Source of the DNA: an uncultured Bacteriovoracaceae bacterium
GTDB taxonomy: Bacteria > Bdellovibrionota > UBA2428
Direction: 5' to 3'
Assembly (NCBI GenBank): GCA_964609695.1
Contig: CAZSSP010000004.1
Coordinates: forward strand, 47,090 to 111,089
Length of the DNA stretch: 64,000 bases
How positions within the stretch are numbered: position 1 is the first letter of the stretch; every line of letters begins with the position of its first letter. The position numbers were made by a program, and so were the translations under genes. A model generated the notes under the pieces. The model ran no database searches and was not told where the DNA came from. It was given only the letters and a program-made list of their open reading frames with translations. Shown piece by piece: positions 47,018-56,474 of this stretch.

Positions 47018-47440
47018 TTAGCGCAAGGAAAGAACGGAAACTTCTAAATCCTCTTTTCCATCGCCTGTTTTTTGCTGAACTTTGGTTTCTCCACCATATT
47101 CAACGCTAACGATGGGCTTAGCTATACTGACTTGTTTGCGACCTTCTCTTCGGCTGATGTTGATTTCAACCAAAAACGAGGAAGTGTCCCCAAGTTTTTG
47201 CTCACTTAATCGCTTGGGTGTTAATTCTACAAAAAACTCATTATTAGGGTCGTTGCTTAAGCTTTTAATGTGCTCATGCTGATTAAAATAGAGCTCATGC
47301 TGGCTTTTACTATTAAAGTGAAGTCCTTTGATTTCGAGTGCTAATTTTAATTTTTCACTATCATTTTCAGTGCTTGCACCCAGGCAAAGCGTAGCTGATA
47401 TCAAAAAAACAGGAGCTATTAGCAGCCTTTTTTTAGCCAT
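47018..47440 (-). CDS. Hypothetical secreted or membrane-anchored protein
   Basis: ATG at 47440 gives the signal-like N-terminus MAKKRLLIAPVFLISATLCLGAS. An upstream in-frame ATG at 47521 (AAGGT SD) would add 27 aa containing the G8 tract. Confidence 0.55.
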   Translation of the reverse strand: MAKKRLLIAPVFLISATLCLGASTENDSEKLKLALEIKGLHFNSKSQHELYFNQHEHIKSLSNDPNNEFFVELTPKRLSEQKLGDTSSFLVEINISRREGRKQVSIAKPIVSVEYGGETKVQQKTGDGKEDLEVSVLSLR

Positions 47441-47502
47441 AACTACATCATAAAGCTTTGTGCGACGCCCAAAAGAGTCAATAATATGACTCAGCAATAG
47501 GG

Positions 47503-47510
47503 CCCCCCCC
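47503..47510. repeat. C8 (G8 on the minus strand) homopolymer, the longest G/C run I found in the window
   Basis: Read directly (ggcccccccctg). It lies 40-47 nt upstream of the pckA ATG and upstream of, or within, the 5' end of the divergent gene. Confidence 0.9.
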
Positions 47511-47549
47511 TGTCTTGCCATTATTCATACCTTAAGATTTGATTGCTTT

Positions 47550-49016
47550 ATGGAATTTTCAAGGACCCAGTTAATTGAAGAAAGTATTAAAAAAGAAGAT
47601 GTTTGTCTGAGCTCTACGGGAGCTTTGTTGACGAAGACGGGAAAATATACGGGAAGATCTCCTGAAAACCGTTTTATCTCTGAAGACCCTTCCATTAAAA
47701 ACGAGGTTTCTTGGGGAAAAAATAATCAAGGAATGGATCGCGATTTGGCGGGCAAGTTCATTTCGTTGATGGCAGCCCATGTTGAAAAAAAACATCATTA
47801 TACATTTAAAGGTTTTTTGGGGCCTTATACATTAAGACTTAAATCGACATCGGCTTGGCATACCTTGTTTGGGGCAACGATGTTTCGCTCCACTGAATTA
47901 CAAAATTTACTTCAAAGGAATGAAGGAATTGAAATTTATCATGATCCCATGATCACGCCTAAAGAGTTGGGATTAAATTATGACAAAGAAGCTTTGGTGG
48001 CTTTAGATTTTGTGAATAAAAAAATAGCTATTGCAGGCACCCAATATGCTGGAGAAATTAAAAAGGCAGCCTTCACAATTGCAAATTTTTTATTGCCTCC
48101 TTTGGGAATTCTTCCAATGCACGCTTCAGCTAATTGTTTTCCAGATGGTAGTCATTCTTGTGTGTTGTTTGGCTTGTCTGGGACTGGAAAAACAACTTTG
48201 TCAGCAAGTCCAGATAGGGCCTTGATTGGAGACGATGAAATTATTTGGACAGATAAAGGCCTGTATAATTTAGAGGGCGGTTGTTACGCCAAGTTAATTT
48301 CTCTTAAAGCAGAAACAGAACCCGAAATTTATGCAGCCGTTAATCGCTTTGGTGCCATTCAAGAAAACGTTGTTTATGATCCCAACACTAGAGTTGTTGA
48401 TTATGATAATGGCAGTATCACGGAAAATACTAGAGGCGCTTATCCTATAGATTTTCTAAAAAATATTTATTCACCCAACAAAGCGGCAGCTGAACCTAAG
48501 ACAATAGTATTTTTAACGGCAGATGCTTTTGGTGCGTTACCGGCTGTGGCACGCCTCAATCCAGAGCAAGCTCAATTTCATTTTGTTTCTGGTTACACTG
48601 CTAAAGTGGCTGGAACCGAACTGGGAGTGAAAGAACCTAAGGCAGTTTTCAGCACCTGTTTTGGGGCACCATTTATGCCTAGGCCTCCTATGGTTTACGC
48701 GAAAATGTTGGCTGAGCGTGCCGCTAAATCAGGCGCCTCTTTTTGGCTGCTCAATACAGGGTGGACTCAAGGTGGATATGAAAAGGGACAAAGGTTTCCA
48801 TTAAAAGTGAGTCGAACACTTTTATCTATGATTCAATCTGGGCAACTGGAAAAAGCCAGCACTAAAAAACACCCCATTTTTAATTTTGAAGTGCCTATGA
48901 CTTGTCCAAGTATTGAGGACAAGTGGTTAGAGTCTCCCCAGGGTAAACAGGTGGAAGATTTGCAGAGTAAATTTGTAAATAATCCATTGATAAAAGAAGC
49001 TGGTTTAAGAATTTAA
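47550..49016 (+). CDS. pckA: Phosphoenolpyruvate carboxykinase (ATP)
   Basis: GKYTGRSP, kinase-1a GLSGTGKTTLS, IGDDE, EGGCYAK, LTADAFGALP. Confidence 0.93.
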   Translation: MEFSRTQLIEESIKKEDVCLSSTGALLTKTGKYTGRSPENRFISEDPSIKNEVSWGKNNQGMDRDLAGKFISLMAAHVEKKHHYTFKGFLGPYTLRLKSTSAWHTLFGATMFRSTELQNLLQRNEGIEIYHDPMITPKELGLNYDKEALVALDFVNKKIAIAGTQYAGEIKKAAFTIANFLLPPLGILPMHASANCFPDGSHSCVLFGLSGTGKTTLSASPDRALIGDDEIIWTDKGLYNLEGGCYAKLISLKAETEPEIYAAVNRFGAIQENVVYDPNTRVVDYDNGSITENTRGAYPIDFLKNIYSPNKAAAEPKTIVFLTADAFGALPAVARLNPEQAQFHFVSGYTAKVAGTELGVKEPKAVFSTCFGAPFMPRPPMVYAKMLAERAAKSGASFWLLNTGWTQGGYEKGQRFPLKVSRTLLSMIQSGQLEKASTKKHPIFNFEVPMTCPSIEDKWLESPQGKQVEDLQSKFVNNPLIKEAGLRI

Positions 49017-49027
49017 ATAAAAAAATT

Positions 49028-49846
49028 ATGAAAAATAAAATTTTAACATCTTTGTTTGTTTTATTATTAGCGAGCTGTTCGTCAAAAGGATCAAAAGACG
49101 GTGGTGGTGGGCTCGGGTCTGTGAGCGATGCTGAAATTAATAAAACAGCGGCACAGGCCTATGAGGAAATTAAAACAAAAGAAAAGAGATCTACAAATGC
49201 GCGATGGACTCAAATGGTCGAGAGAGTGGCTAATAGAATAGCGCTTGCTTCCGGTGAAAATTATCAATGGGAAGTTATGTTGATTGAAAAAAATGAACTT
49301 AATGCTTGGTGTATGCCAGGTGGAAAGATGGCCGTTTACACAGGAATTATGCCTGTTCTTAAAACTGAAGGTGCATTGGCCGCAGTCATGGGACACGAAG
49401 TGGCGCACGCTACTCGTAAACATGGCAAGCAAAGATATGCTCGCGCTGTAAAGGGGAATCTTATTGGCGCTGGAATTGCTATTGCTTCTGTAGTTGGTGG
49501 GCAGCTCTTTTGTAAATCTGATTGGTGTCGAATGGGAACATCTTTGGGTGGTGTTGTTGGTGGCTTTATGGTGAGTTTCTTTGATCGTAAATTTTCACGT
49601 GAAGATGAAACAGAGGCCGATCAAGTTGGACAAATTTATATGGCAAGAGCGGGTTATGATCCATCTGAAGCCACTCGTGTTTGGGAAAGAATGCAAGCCG
49701 CGAATGGTGGAAAAGCGCCTCCAGAATTTATGTCGACTCATCCAAGCGATCAAAGACGTAAAAATAATTTGAATTCCTGGTTGGCTGGTGCAGAGGCTGA
49801 GTATTCTCGCGCACCGCAAAAGTTTGGAGTGGGTGAGAATATTTAA
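49028..49846 (+). CDS. M48 family metallopeptidase lipoprotein
   Basis: Lipobox LLASC, HEVAHATRKH, downstream EADQVG...GYDP. Confidence 0.85.
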   Translation: MKNKILTSLFVLLLASCSSKGSKDGGGGLGSVSDAEINKTAAQAYEEIKTKEKRSTNARWTQMVERVANRIALASGENYQWEVMLIEKNELNAWCMPGGKMAVYTGIMPVLKTEGALAAVMGHEVAHATRKHGKQRYARAVKGNLIGAGIAIASVVGGQLFCKSDWCRMGTSLGGVVGGFMVSFFDRKFSREDETEADQVGQIYMARAGYDPSEATRVWERMQAANGGKAPPEFMSTHPSDQRRKNNLNSWLAGAEAEYSRAPQKFGVGENI

Positions 49847-49906
49847 AATTCTCGCCAACACCCTACCCTAAAGCTAAGAATAACAGTTGTTCTACGGAGG
49901 TTTGGC

Positions 49907-50806
49907 GTGGGGAATTTTTCTAGATTAATACTTATGGGCACATTAGTTTCTTTTTTGTCAGGGTGTTTATCGACAGGATTGGAAAAAAGAAGCCGGCCAA
50001 TAAAAATACATGGGCATCGAGGAGCTCGTGCAAAATTTCCTGAAAACACTCTTCCTGCCATGGAATATGCCATGTCATTAGGTGTTGATTTTCTTGAAAC
50101 GGATATGGGTGTTACTAAGGATGGCGTCGTTGTTTTAAATCATGACACCTCCATTAATCCTGATTTGTGTCAGTATAAAAATTCCAGTCCTCTAACAAGC
50201 CCAATACTCATTAGAGAACTAAGCTTAAAAGAAATTAAAGAATTTGATTGTGGTTCTAAAAGGAATAAGAAATTTAAAGATCAAAAGCTCATTGTTGGCA
50301 CAGAAATTCCTACACTAGAAGAGTTATTTATAATGGTAAAAAACTCTAAACTCCCCAACTCTCAAAGCATAGAATTTAACTTAGAAACAAAAATAGAAAA
50401 GGATAAAGATGAAACTGTTGATCCAGAAGTTTTTGTAAGATTGGTTTTAGAAGTTATAAAAAAACATAAAATGCTTGATCGGGTTATTTTGCAGTCTTTT
50501 GATTTTAGGACATTAAAAATTGCTAGAAGGCTCGAGCCTAAAATTAGAATTTCTGCCTTAACAGAAAATCATGAAGATTATTTGGCAATAGCAAAAGAAT
50601 TGTCTGCAAATGTTATTTCACCACAATGGAGTGAAATCAGCGCAGAAGAAATAAAAGCTCTTCATGAAATTGGTGTTGAAGTGGCTCCTTGGACTCTTAA
50701 TGGTCCCTGGTCTTGGTCGAAAATGCTAGGAGCTGATGCCGACGCTATTATTACTGATGATCCCGCCGCACTTCAGGACTACATTAAAAAGCATTCTAAA
50801 AACTAA
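49907..50806 (+). CDS. glpQ: Glycerophosphodiester phosphodiesterase (lipoprotein)
   Basis: Lipobox LSGC and GDPD motifs HGHRGA..FPENTL and ETDMGVTKDGVVVLNHD. GTG start with GGAGG SD. Confidence 0.85.
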   Translation: MGNFSRLILMGTLVSFLSGCLSTGLEKRSRPIKIHGHRGARAKFPENTLPAMEYAMSLGVDFLETDMGVTKDGVVVLNHDTSINPDLCQYKNSSPLTSPILIRELSLKEIKEFDCGSKRNKKFKDQKLIVGTEIPTLEELFIMVKNSKLPNSQSIEFNLETKIEKDKDETVDPEVFVRLVLEVIKKHKMLDRVILQSFDFRTLKIARRLEPKIRISALTENHEDYLAIAKELSANVISPQWSEISAEEIKALHEIGVEVAPWTLNGPWSWSKMLGADADAIITDDPAALQDYIKKHSKN

Positions 50807-51464
50807 GAGAACTCATTGTTAGACTTGTATCAGGTGCGATACCTTTTGAAAGCGTGCATTGATAGCCGGATTTTTTAAAAAGTTTGCAGTAATAAGCGGG
50901 CTGTGAATCTCTGGGCGCCAATGAATTTTTAATTTTTTTAAATGCAGAAGCCTCTTTGGGGTCTTTTAAATTATAAGTTACTTTTTCTAAACTTATATCA
51001 TGAGTAGAAATGTTTCTGTTATAAACGATGACTTCATTGTAATTTGAGTTTTTGTGCTCAACGTCTAGGAGGATAGCTGAGCTTTGGCTATTAATCCAAA
51101 ATCTAAAATCGTGAAGACGAATGCTTTCAGCATCTAAAAAATCTTTAGAGGGACCTTGATATAAAATCTTATATTCACGTTGATTCACCTCTACTTGCGA
51201 TTCACTTAAACTCACTAAATAGAATTGATTAATGTTTTGAGTTTTGGCGTTTGGAATCGCTGAAAAAATTTGAAGTGTGTAGGATTCTTCACTTAAAGTA
51301 TCTTGAGCATCTTCTAGGTATTGTTTCGCAATTTTCTCAAAAGGCATGCTTTCTGGATTGTTAAAATTATCTATTCTGACAACTTTAGCGCGAGCTTTTT
51401 TAAAGGGATTTGTGGCGCATGAAAAAAGCAAGGTCATTGAAAAAACAAACGAAAATACTTTCAT
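50796..51464 (-). CDS. Hypothetical lipoprotein
   Basis: Lipobox LLFSC, 222 aa, last gene of a same-strand cluster. No family recognised. Confidence 0.55.
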   Translation of the reverse strand: MKVFSFVFSMTLLFSCATNPFKKARAKVVRIDNFNNPESMPFEKIAKQYLEDAQDTLSEESYTLQIFSAIPNAKTQNINQFYLVSLSESQVEVNQREYKILYQGPSKDFLDAESIRLHDFRFWINSQSSAILLDVEHKNSNYNEVIVYNRNISTHDISLEKVTYNLKDPKEASAFKKIKNSLAPRDSQPAYYCKLFKKSGYQCTLSKGIAPDTSLTMSSLSF

Positions 51465-51499
51465 GCTTAAAGTATATACACTTTTAAATGACTTGAAAC

Positions 51500-52921
51500 T
51501 TAGTCTGGAATTTCTTGGGGTGGATTAGGACTAGGAGGAGTGGGTTCGCCTCCGTTGGGAGCGGGAGCTGTTGGCGTTGGCGCTGGCGCTGCTCCATTTG
51601 GCAGTTGTGGTGGCGTCGGGCCTAGAGGGGGAGCGGGAGTATTCGCTCCTGGCTTTGGTTTTGGAGGAGGTATAGAGCAAAGTTTATTACCTCTAATGCC
51701 GTTATTAATTCTAATTTCTAAATTTTTGGTATCACAACCTACAGAGTTTGCAGCTTCATTTTTAATTATGGGGCAAATTAATTTAATTTCTAAGGGTTTG
51801 TGCAGTTGAATGACGGCCGTAGTTGCCTCAGGCATATTTATGATTTTTTTCGAACTTGAGTCCATTTGGATGGTATCGATTTTGTTGTCTCCAATTTTTT
51901 CATCAAGAAATATGTTATAAAAACTTTGAATTGCTGAACGCATTCCCTTCTTTTCTAAATCATCGGGCGGATTTAATAATCCATTATATTTTTCAGCAAG
52001 ATGTTGTCCAAGGCCAACAGATGGATTTTTTACAGAATCGGTTAATAAACTTTCAAAAATTGCTTTGTTTGGAGTTTCACCAATTTTTGAGCAAAACAAT
52101 TTTTGAAGTAATTCTCGATCTTCTTTTTTAAGTCTCTGATTGCCTTGCCCTTGCGTCGCGCCTTGCGAAGGCTGGCCATTCGATGGGTTCGGCCCACCTT
52201 GAGGTGTTTTGTTTGAAGGATTTGTGTTGTTTTCGTTATCTTTGTCTTTGTCTTTGTTCTTGTTGTCTTGAGAATTATCATTTTCACTTTTTTTGTCGCC
52301 AGCAGCTTCTCCGCCGCCTCCACCAGTAGGGCTTCCATGCGGGAGATCGGTCACAGTAATTTTATGAACTTGGCCACTGTTTGTTGAGGGTTTAGCAGCA
52401 AAAAAACTATTGTATATCCAGTAACCCGCAAAACCACCTACTAAGCCTAAAACGATTGCCATCATCGTGCTCAATTCGGCGTTAGCTGAGGGAATAATTT
52501 CAAAATGAACTTTTGATATTTCTAAGCCCTTTTGAATTTCGTTGGAAATAGTTTCTAGACTTCTTTTGGGAGTCATAGAAATTTTGTGACCATTTGGAAG
52601 ACCTAGAATTATAGAGTCCTCATAAAATACGTCGATTTTAAATGAGTTATTTTGATATTTAATTTTGAAAGAATTTTCAGCAACTTCTAGGTCTGGAAGC
52701 TGAGGTAGTTTGCTGAGTTGTGCTTTTAAATAAATTCTATCTTGTCGGTTTAAAAAATCTGCGTATTTTAAAAATCCTTCAGGACCTGTTTTAAGATAAC
52801 TATTCTTTGCTAAATTATAGTTTTGAACAGATTTTTCAATTGATTTTTGTAAGTCACCGGGAGCAGCAAAGCTTAAGTTTAAAGTTAAAAATAAAGTTAA
52901 GAGATATCTTAAAGACTTCAT
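51500..52921 (-). CDS. Hypothetical envelope protein: signal peptide, central TM, Asn/Asp/Lys/Gln low-complexity linker, Pro-rich C-terminal tail
   Basis: Signal peptide MKSLRYLLTLFLTLNLSFA, TM MMAIVLGLVGGFAGYWIY, linker KDKDKDNENN, tail PPPKPKPGANTPAPPLGPTPPQLPNGAAPAPTPTAPAPNGGEPTPPSPNPP. Confidence 0.6.
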   Translation of the reverse strand: MKSLRYLLTLFLTLNLSFAAPGDLQKSIEKSVQNYNLAKNSYLKTGPEGFLKYADFLNRQDRIYLKAQLSKLPQLPDLEVAENSFKIKYQNNSFKIDVFYEDSIILGLPNGHKISMTPKRSLETISNEIQKGLEISKVHFEIIPSANAELSTMMAIVLGLVGGFAGYWIYNSFFAAKPSTNSGQVHKITVTDLPHGSPTGGGGGEAAGDKKSENDNSQDNKNKDKDKDNENNTNPSNKTPQGGPNPSNGQPSQGATQGQGNQRLKKEDRELLQKLFCSKIGETPNKAIFESLLTDSVKNPSVGLGQHLAEKYNGLLNPPDDLEKKGMRSAIQSFYNIFLDEKIGDNKIDTIQMDSSSKKIINMPEATTAVIQLHKPLEIKLICPIIKNEAANSVGCDTKNLEIRINNGIRGNKLCSIPPPKPKPGANTPAPPLGPTPPQLPNGAAPAPTPTAPAPNGGEPTPPSPNPPQEIPD

Positions 52922-52988
52922 CTTTATAGAATAAACCTAAAGAGCATCTATTGATAAGGCCTTAGGCTATGTCAATAAATCGTCAATA

Positions 52989-54875
52989 TTAGCTTAGATT
53001 TAGTTTTTCAAAGTTTAATAGTGGTTTGGGTAATACAGAGATTCCAAGTCGTAGAGTTCTTTCGTAGACGTTTGGATTGTCAATTAAGTTCGTGCTTAAT
53101 ATAGATCTGTCGTGAAGCTTCATTTGATCAATCAAATCAATGCCGTTCATGTTTGAATTAAAAAAGTGGTAGTCGATTATGCAATAGTCTGCCTCACTTC
53201 GTTGAGGGTCATTAATATAGGCTTCAGGACTGACATAGCTTCGAATTTTAGGAAATTTTGATTGCCAGAATTTTCTAATATGTTCTTCGTCATCAATAAT
53301 ACAAAGTGAGTTAGTGTTGATTTCTGAAAGCTGAGAAAGAGATAAAATTTTGGCCTCAAAAGCAGTTTTTAGATTGAGCTCAAAACAAGTTCCCTCATTA
53401 ATAATTGAACTCACGTTTATAGTTGATGACCAGCTATCTAAAGTTGTTTTGACGTAATAAAGACCTAGTCCCGTTCCGCCTCTTCCTTCTTTTTTATCAA
53501 AGGAAACTCCTTTATCAAAAATTTTGTTGAGTCTATCGTTTTGAATTCCTTTACCATTATCTTTAAAACTAACAGTGATATTGTCGTCACTGGTTTGTGA
53601 TTTCTGAATTCTAATACTTAATTCAACAAATCTTTGACCCGGCTTCTTTGCTTCGGCAGCGTTGTATATGAGATTTGTAAAAATTCTTTTCAATTGCTCA
53701 GATTCAGCCTTTAAATAAAGACCTAAATATTCTTCAGCTCCTTCAAGAGAAATTTTTAATGAATCGAGAATGTCTTGATCGGCTCGGATTTCTTCCATAA
53801 CTTGTACCAAGGCTGAGATAAGATGAGTTGCCTGTGAGTTGGCTCTCTCAAGCTCAAGTTGTTTTTGCTTGGCTTTGTTCGCAAGATCCTTGGTTATTCC
53901 TCTCATTCGAGTGGTGATTGATTTGAGAAGTTCTTTCTGCGCGCTCGGCAATTCTGTTGTAGAAATAGAAAGAGCGTCTAGAGCAGCAATTGGAGATCTT
54001 AAATCGTGGGCGAGCTGAAAACATAGATCTGCTTCGCTTTGTAAGTCTGCTAAGTTTTGCTGCGATTTTTCTAGCCTGAGTTTTGTGGCTAGCATGGCTT
54101 GAATGGATTCCTTTAAATAATATTCTTCTTCAGGGTCGTTGGAAGATGTTTGAATTTTAATTTTTTCAGGCGCTAACGTGGTGTTGGCTGCAAAATCATG
54201 AAGGTTTTGAGATAAAAGACGAATTCCTCTAAGTTTTTTTCTTGCTGTATAAAAAACTACAAAAAATATTAAAAAACTGAAAACTAGAGATCCTAAAAAT
54301 AAGGCAAAGCGAAATCTGTTTAAAGTTTTTTGTATCGAGAGATAGCTTATAGCCACTCTCAAATAGCCGCAAATACTTACTGAGTTCTGACAGCTTATGG
54401 GAGTTGTAATTAGAGAAATTCTATCTCCTTCTGCGGCCTTTTCTGGATAGAGAGCCGCTAGTTGAGCTGTAATTTTCGTGTCAAAGAGTTGAGTTTTATC
54501 ACTAAGGGGAAGCTCTGGTTCCCAGCTCATTCTGCTTTTTCCTTGAAAAGCACTTTTGTCCTGAGCCAAGCCTTCTATTCCTATTTCAATGTCGCCTGAG
54601 TTGTTGAGAATGTAATTGTAGAGCGTGTTAGGAGCTGCGTTTAAATAATCAATGTGCTCTTGAAGGTGTATCCAGTTTTTTTGGTTATAAAAATAACCGA
54701 GTAGAAATGAATTTACTTTTGTAATGGTTTGTTGAGTGTTGCTTAATAAATCGTTTTCATAGCGCGATTTAAAATAAGAGTAAGCGCAGTAAGACATGAA
54801 TAGACTTAACAAAGTTGAAACCAGTGCACTTATGATTGCGCACTGGACAACAATGCTTCGTCTATCTTGAGCCAT
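52989..54875 (-). CDS. Hybrid sensor histidine kinase (2 TM + periplasmic sensor, HisKA, HATPase_c, C-terminal receiver-like domain)
   Basis: H-box FQLAHDLRSPIAAL, N-box NLIYNAAEA, G-boxes KDNGKGI and GGTGLGL. C-terminal REC-like signature LCIIDDE...CIIDYHF...ST...KP. Confidence 0.85.
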   Translation of the reverse strand: MAQDRRSIVVQCAIISALVSTLLSLFMSYCAYSYFKSRYENDLLSNTQQTITKVNSFLLGYFYNQKNWIHLQEHIDYLNAAPNTLYNYILNNSGDIEIGIEGLAQDKSAFQGKSRMSWEPELPLSDKTQLFDTKITAQLAALYPEKAAEGDRISLITTPISCQNSVSICGYLRVAISYLSIQKTLNRFRFALFLGSLVFSFLIFFVVFYTARKKLRGIRLLSQNLHDFAANTTLAPEKIKIQTSSNDPEEEYYLKESIQAMLATKLRLEKSQQNLADLQSEADLCFQLAHDLRSPIAALDALSISTTELPSAQKELLKSITTRMRGITKDLANKAKQKQLELERANSQATHLISALVQVMEEIRADQDILDSLKISLEGAEEYLGLYLKAESEQLKRIFTNLIYNAAEAKKPGQRFVELSIRIQKSQTSDDNITVSFKDNGKGIQNDRLNKIFDKGVSFDKKEGRGGTGLGLYYVKTTLDSWSSTINVSSIINEGTCFELNLKTAFEAKILSLSQLSEINTNSLCIIDDEEHIRKFWQSKFPKIRSYVSPEAYINDPQRSEADYCIIDYHFFNSNMNGIDLIDQMKLHDRSILSTNLIDNPNVYERTLRLGISVLPKPLLNFEKLNLS

Positions 54876-55732
54876 TAATTATTAAAACTAACAGATTTAA
54901 TATAAAAGAAACATCGGGTTGGGTTATCAATTTGACAAAGTTGAGTGGGGCCACCAAGCCAAGGGTTAATGACTTTTCCATTCCACAAATAGCAAAAAGC
55001 ATAATCTTTGGGATTTGAAATTTTTTGGGTATTTCCGTTAAGTGTAAAGATATCTAGCGATTTGGTTTTATCTGAAAAGCCAGGAACTTTATTCATAGAT
55101 AGGCAATTAATTTTAACTTTATCTTTGCTAGGCAAGGCATTTGAAATTCCTACCGGGTAAGGAGGAAGTGCGGAAGCTTTAATGTCGGGTTTAAAACTTC
55201 TGAGATCGAGAGCTTTTCCCGAAATTTCTATAACGGGAGGGATTTTTCCAATTACAAGAGCTTTGTTAAACCATGCCCACCATTCCCCTGATCTTAAGGG
55301 ATTTTTTTCATCTGCTAATGGGTGAATAATCTGCTCTTCTCCAAGTTTGTGACCAATACTTTGGCCATTTCGAAGAGTGGCCACAAAGGTTTTCTCTTTA
55401 CGAATAGTTTCGTAATTAAATCCAATAGTATAATTGTCATTGGCAATAATACTGACATAATCCTTAGAGCCAATCTTAGTTTTATTTGCAAATTTAATGA
55501 GTGAAACTAGTGAGATTCCTTCCCAGAGGTGCGTTTCATTGTTGGGGTTTGTTGTGGAGTGAGGAACGGAAACTTTAAAAGAAGAGTCTCTATGAAACTC
55601 TTTTAAGTCAATTTTAATTGAAATTAACTTTTTATCATCGGGCGAATGATAAATGAAAAAGTCTTGCCCTAGAACTTCGTATACAGAAAAGAGGAAAAAA
55701 GCTAAACTTAGTTTTGTGAACATATGGGACAT
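54875..55732 (-). CDS. Periplasmic hypothetical protein, possibly with a sulfite-oxidase/YedY-like (molybdopterin-oxidoreductase) fold
   Basis: Signal peptide. The pattern LWEGISLVSLIKFA...VSIIANDNY...VATLRNGQ and the later WLGGPTQLC...IKSVSF resembles that fold by eye. The stop overlaps the kinase ATG (TAATG). Confidence 0.5.
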   Translation of the reverse strand: MSHMFTKLSLAFFLFSVYEVLGQDFFIYHSPDDKKLISIKIDLKEFHRDSSFKVSVPHSTTNPNNETHLWEGISLVSLIKFANKTKIGSKDYVSIIANDNYTIGFNYETIRKEKTFVATLRNGQSIGHKLGEEQIIHPLADEKNPLRSGEWWAWFNKALVIGKIPPVIEISGKALDLRSFKPDIKASALPPYPVGISNALPSKDKVKINCLSMNKVPGFSDKTKSLDIFTLNGNTQKISNPKDYAFCYLWNGKVINPWLGGPTQLCQIDNPTRCFFYIKSVSFNN

Positions 55733-55775
55733 CGTAATAATGTGCTGCGGCAGAGGGTGTCAACGCGGATAATAT

Positions 55776-56474
55776 ATGGCAAAGCTAATAAAACAAAAAA
55801 ATGAAAAATTAACTGTAGTTGTTGTGGGTGCTAGCCGAGGTATCGGTTTGGCAACGGCACAATATTTTGAGGCACAGGGTTGGAACTGTATTAGAGCGGC
55901 CCGTTCCTTAAGTTCCAAAAAAGCTAATGAAATTAAACTCGACGTCACTCAACAAGACTCAATTAATGAGATGTTTGATGGGCTTTCAAAAACGAAAACA
56001 AAGGTAAATTTATTTATTTTTTCAGCTGGAATTGGTCATTTCGGCCCGATTGAAAAACTTTCTAATAAGGCCTGGGATGAGTGTATTTCAGTTAACTTAA
56101 CTGGGGCTTTTATGTTTTTAAAAAGCGCCTATAGGTATTTTATATCTCAAAAATCCAAAGGAAGAATTTACGTTATAGGTTCCGTTGCTGATCATCTGGC
56201 GCTTGAGGGCAATGCGGCCTATGCCGCTTCTAAATTTGGCTTAAGGGGTTTGGTGTCAGTCATGCATGAAGAAGGTCGTGTTCATGGGATCTCTTCTACT
56301 TTATTAAGTTTGGGAGCGACATATACCGACATTTGGAAAAGTCGATCTGAGTTTTCTTCTAAAGACATGTTAACTCCAAAGGAAGTTGCTCAAACAATTT
56401 TTAACTTAGCCACTTTGCCTGAACAGGTTACTATTCCTAATTTAGTAGTCACCCCACCCAAAGGAATATTATGA
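55776..56474 (+). CDS. Short-chain dehydrogenase/reductase (SDR)
   Basis: VVVGASRGIGLA, catalytic YAASK, 232 aa. Confidence 0.85.
   Translation: MAKLIKQKNEKLTVVVVGASRGIGLATAQYFEAQGWNCIRAARSLSSKKANEIKLDVTQQDSINEMFDGLSKTKTKVNLFIFSAGIGHFGPIEKLSNKAWDECISVNLTGAFMFLKSAYRYFISQKSKGRIYVIGSVADHLALEGNAAYAASKFGLRGLVSVMHEEGRVHGISSTLLSLGATYTDIWKSRSEFSSKDMLTPKEVAQTIFNLATLPEQVTIPNLVVTPPKGIL

Noticed and set aside
51540-51809. 89-aa Gly/Ala-rich plus-strand ORF
   Set aside because: It is antisense to the Pro-rich tail of the 51500-52921 gene (CCN codons read as GGN) and has no start context.
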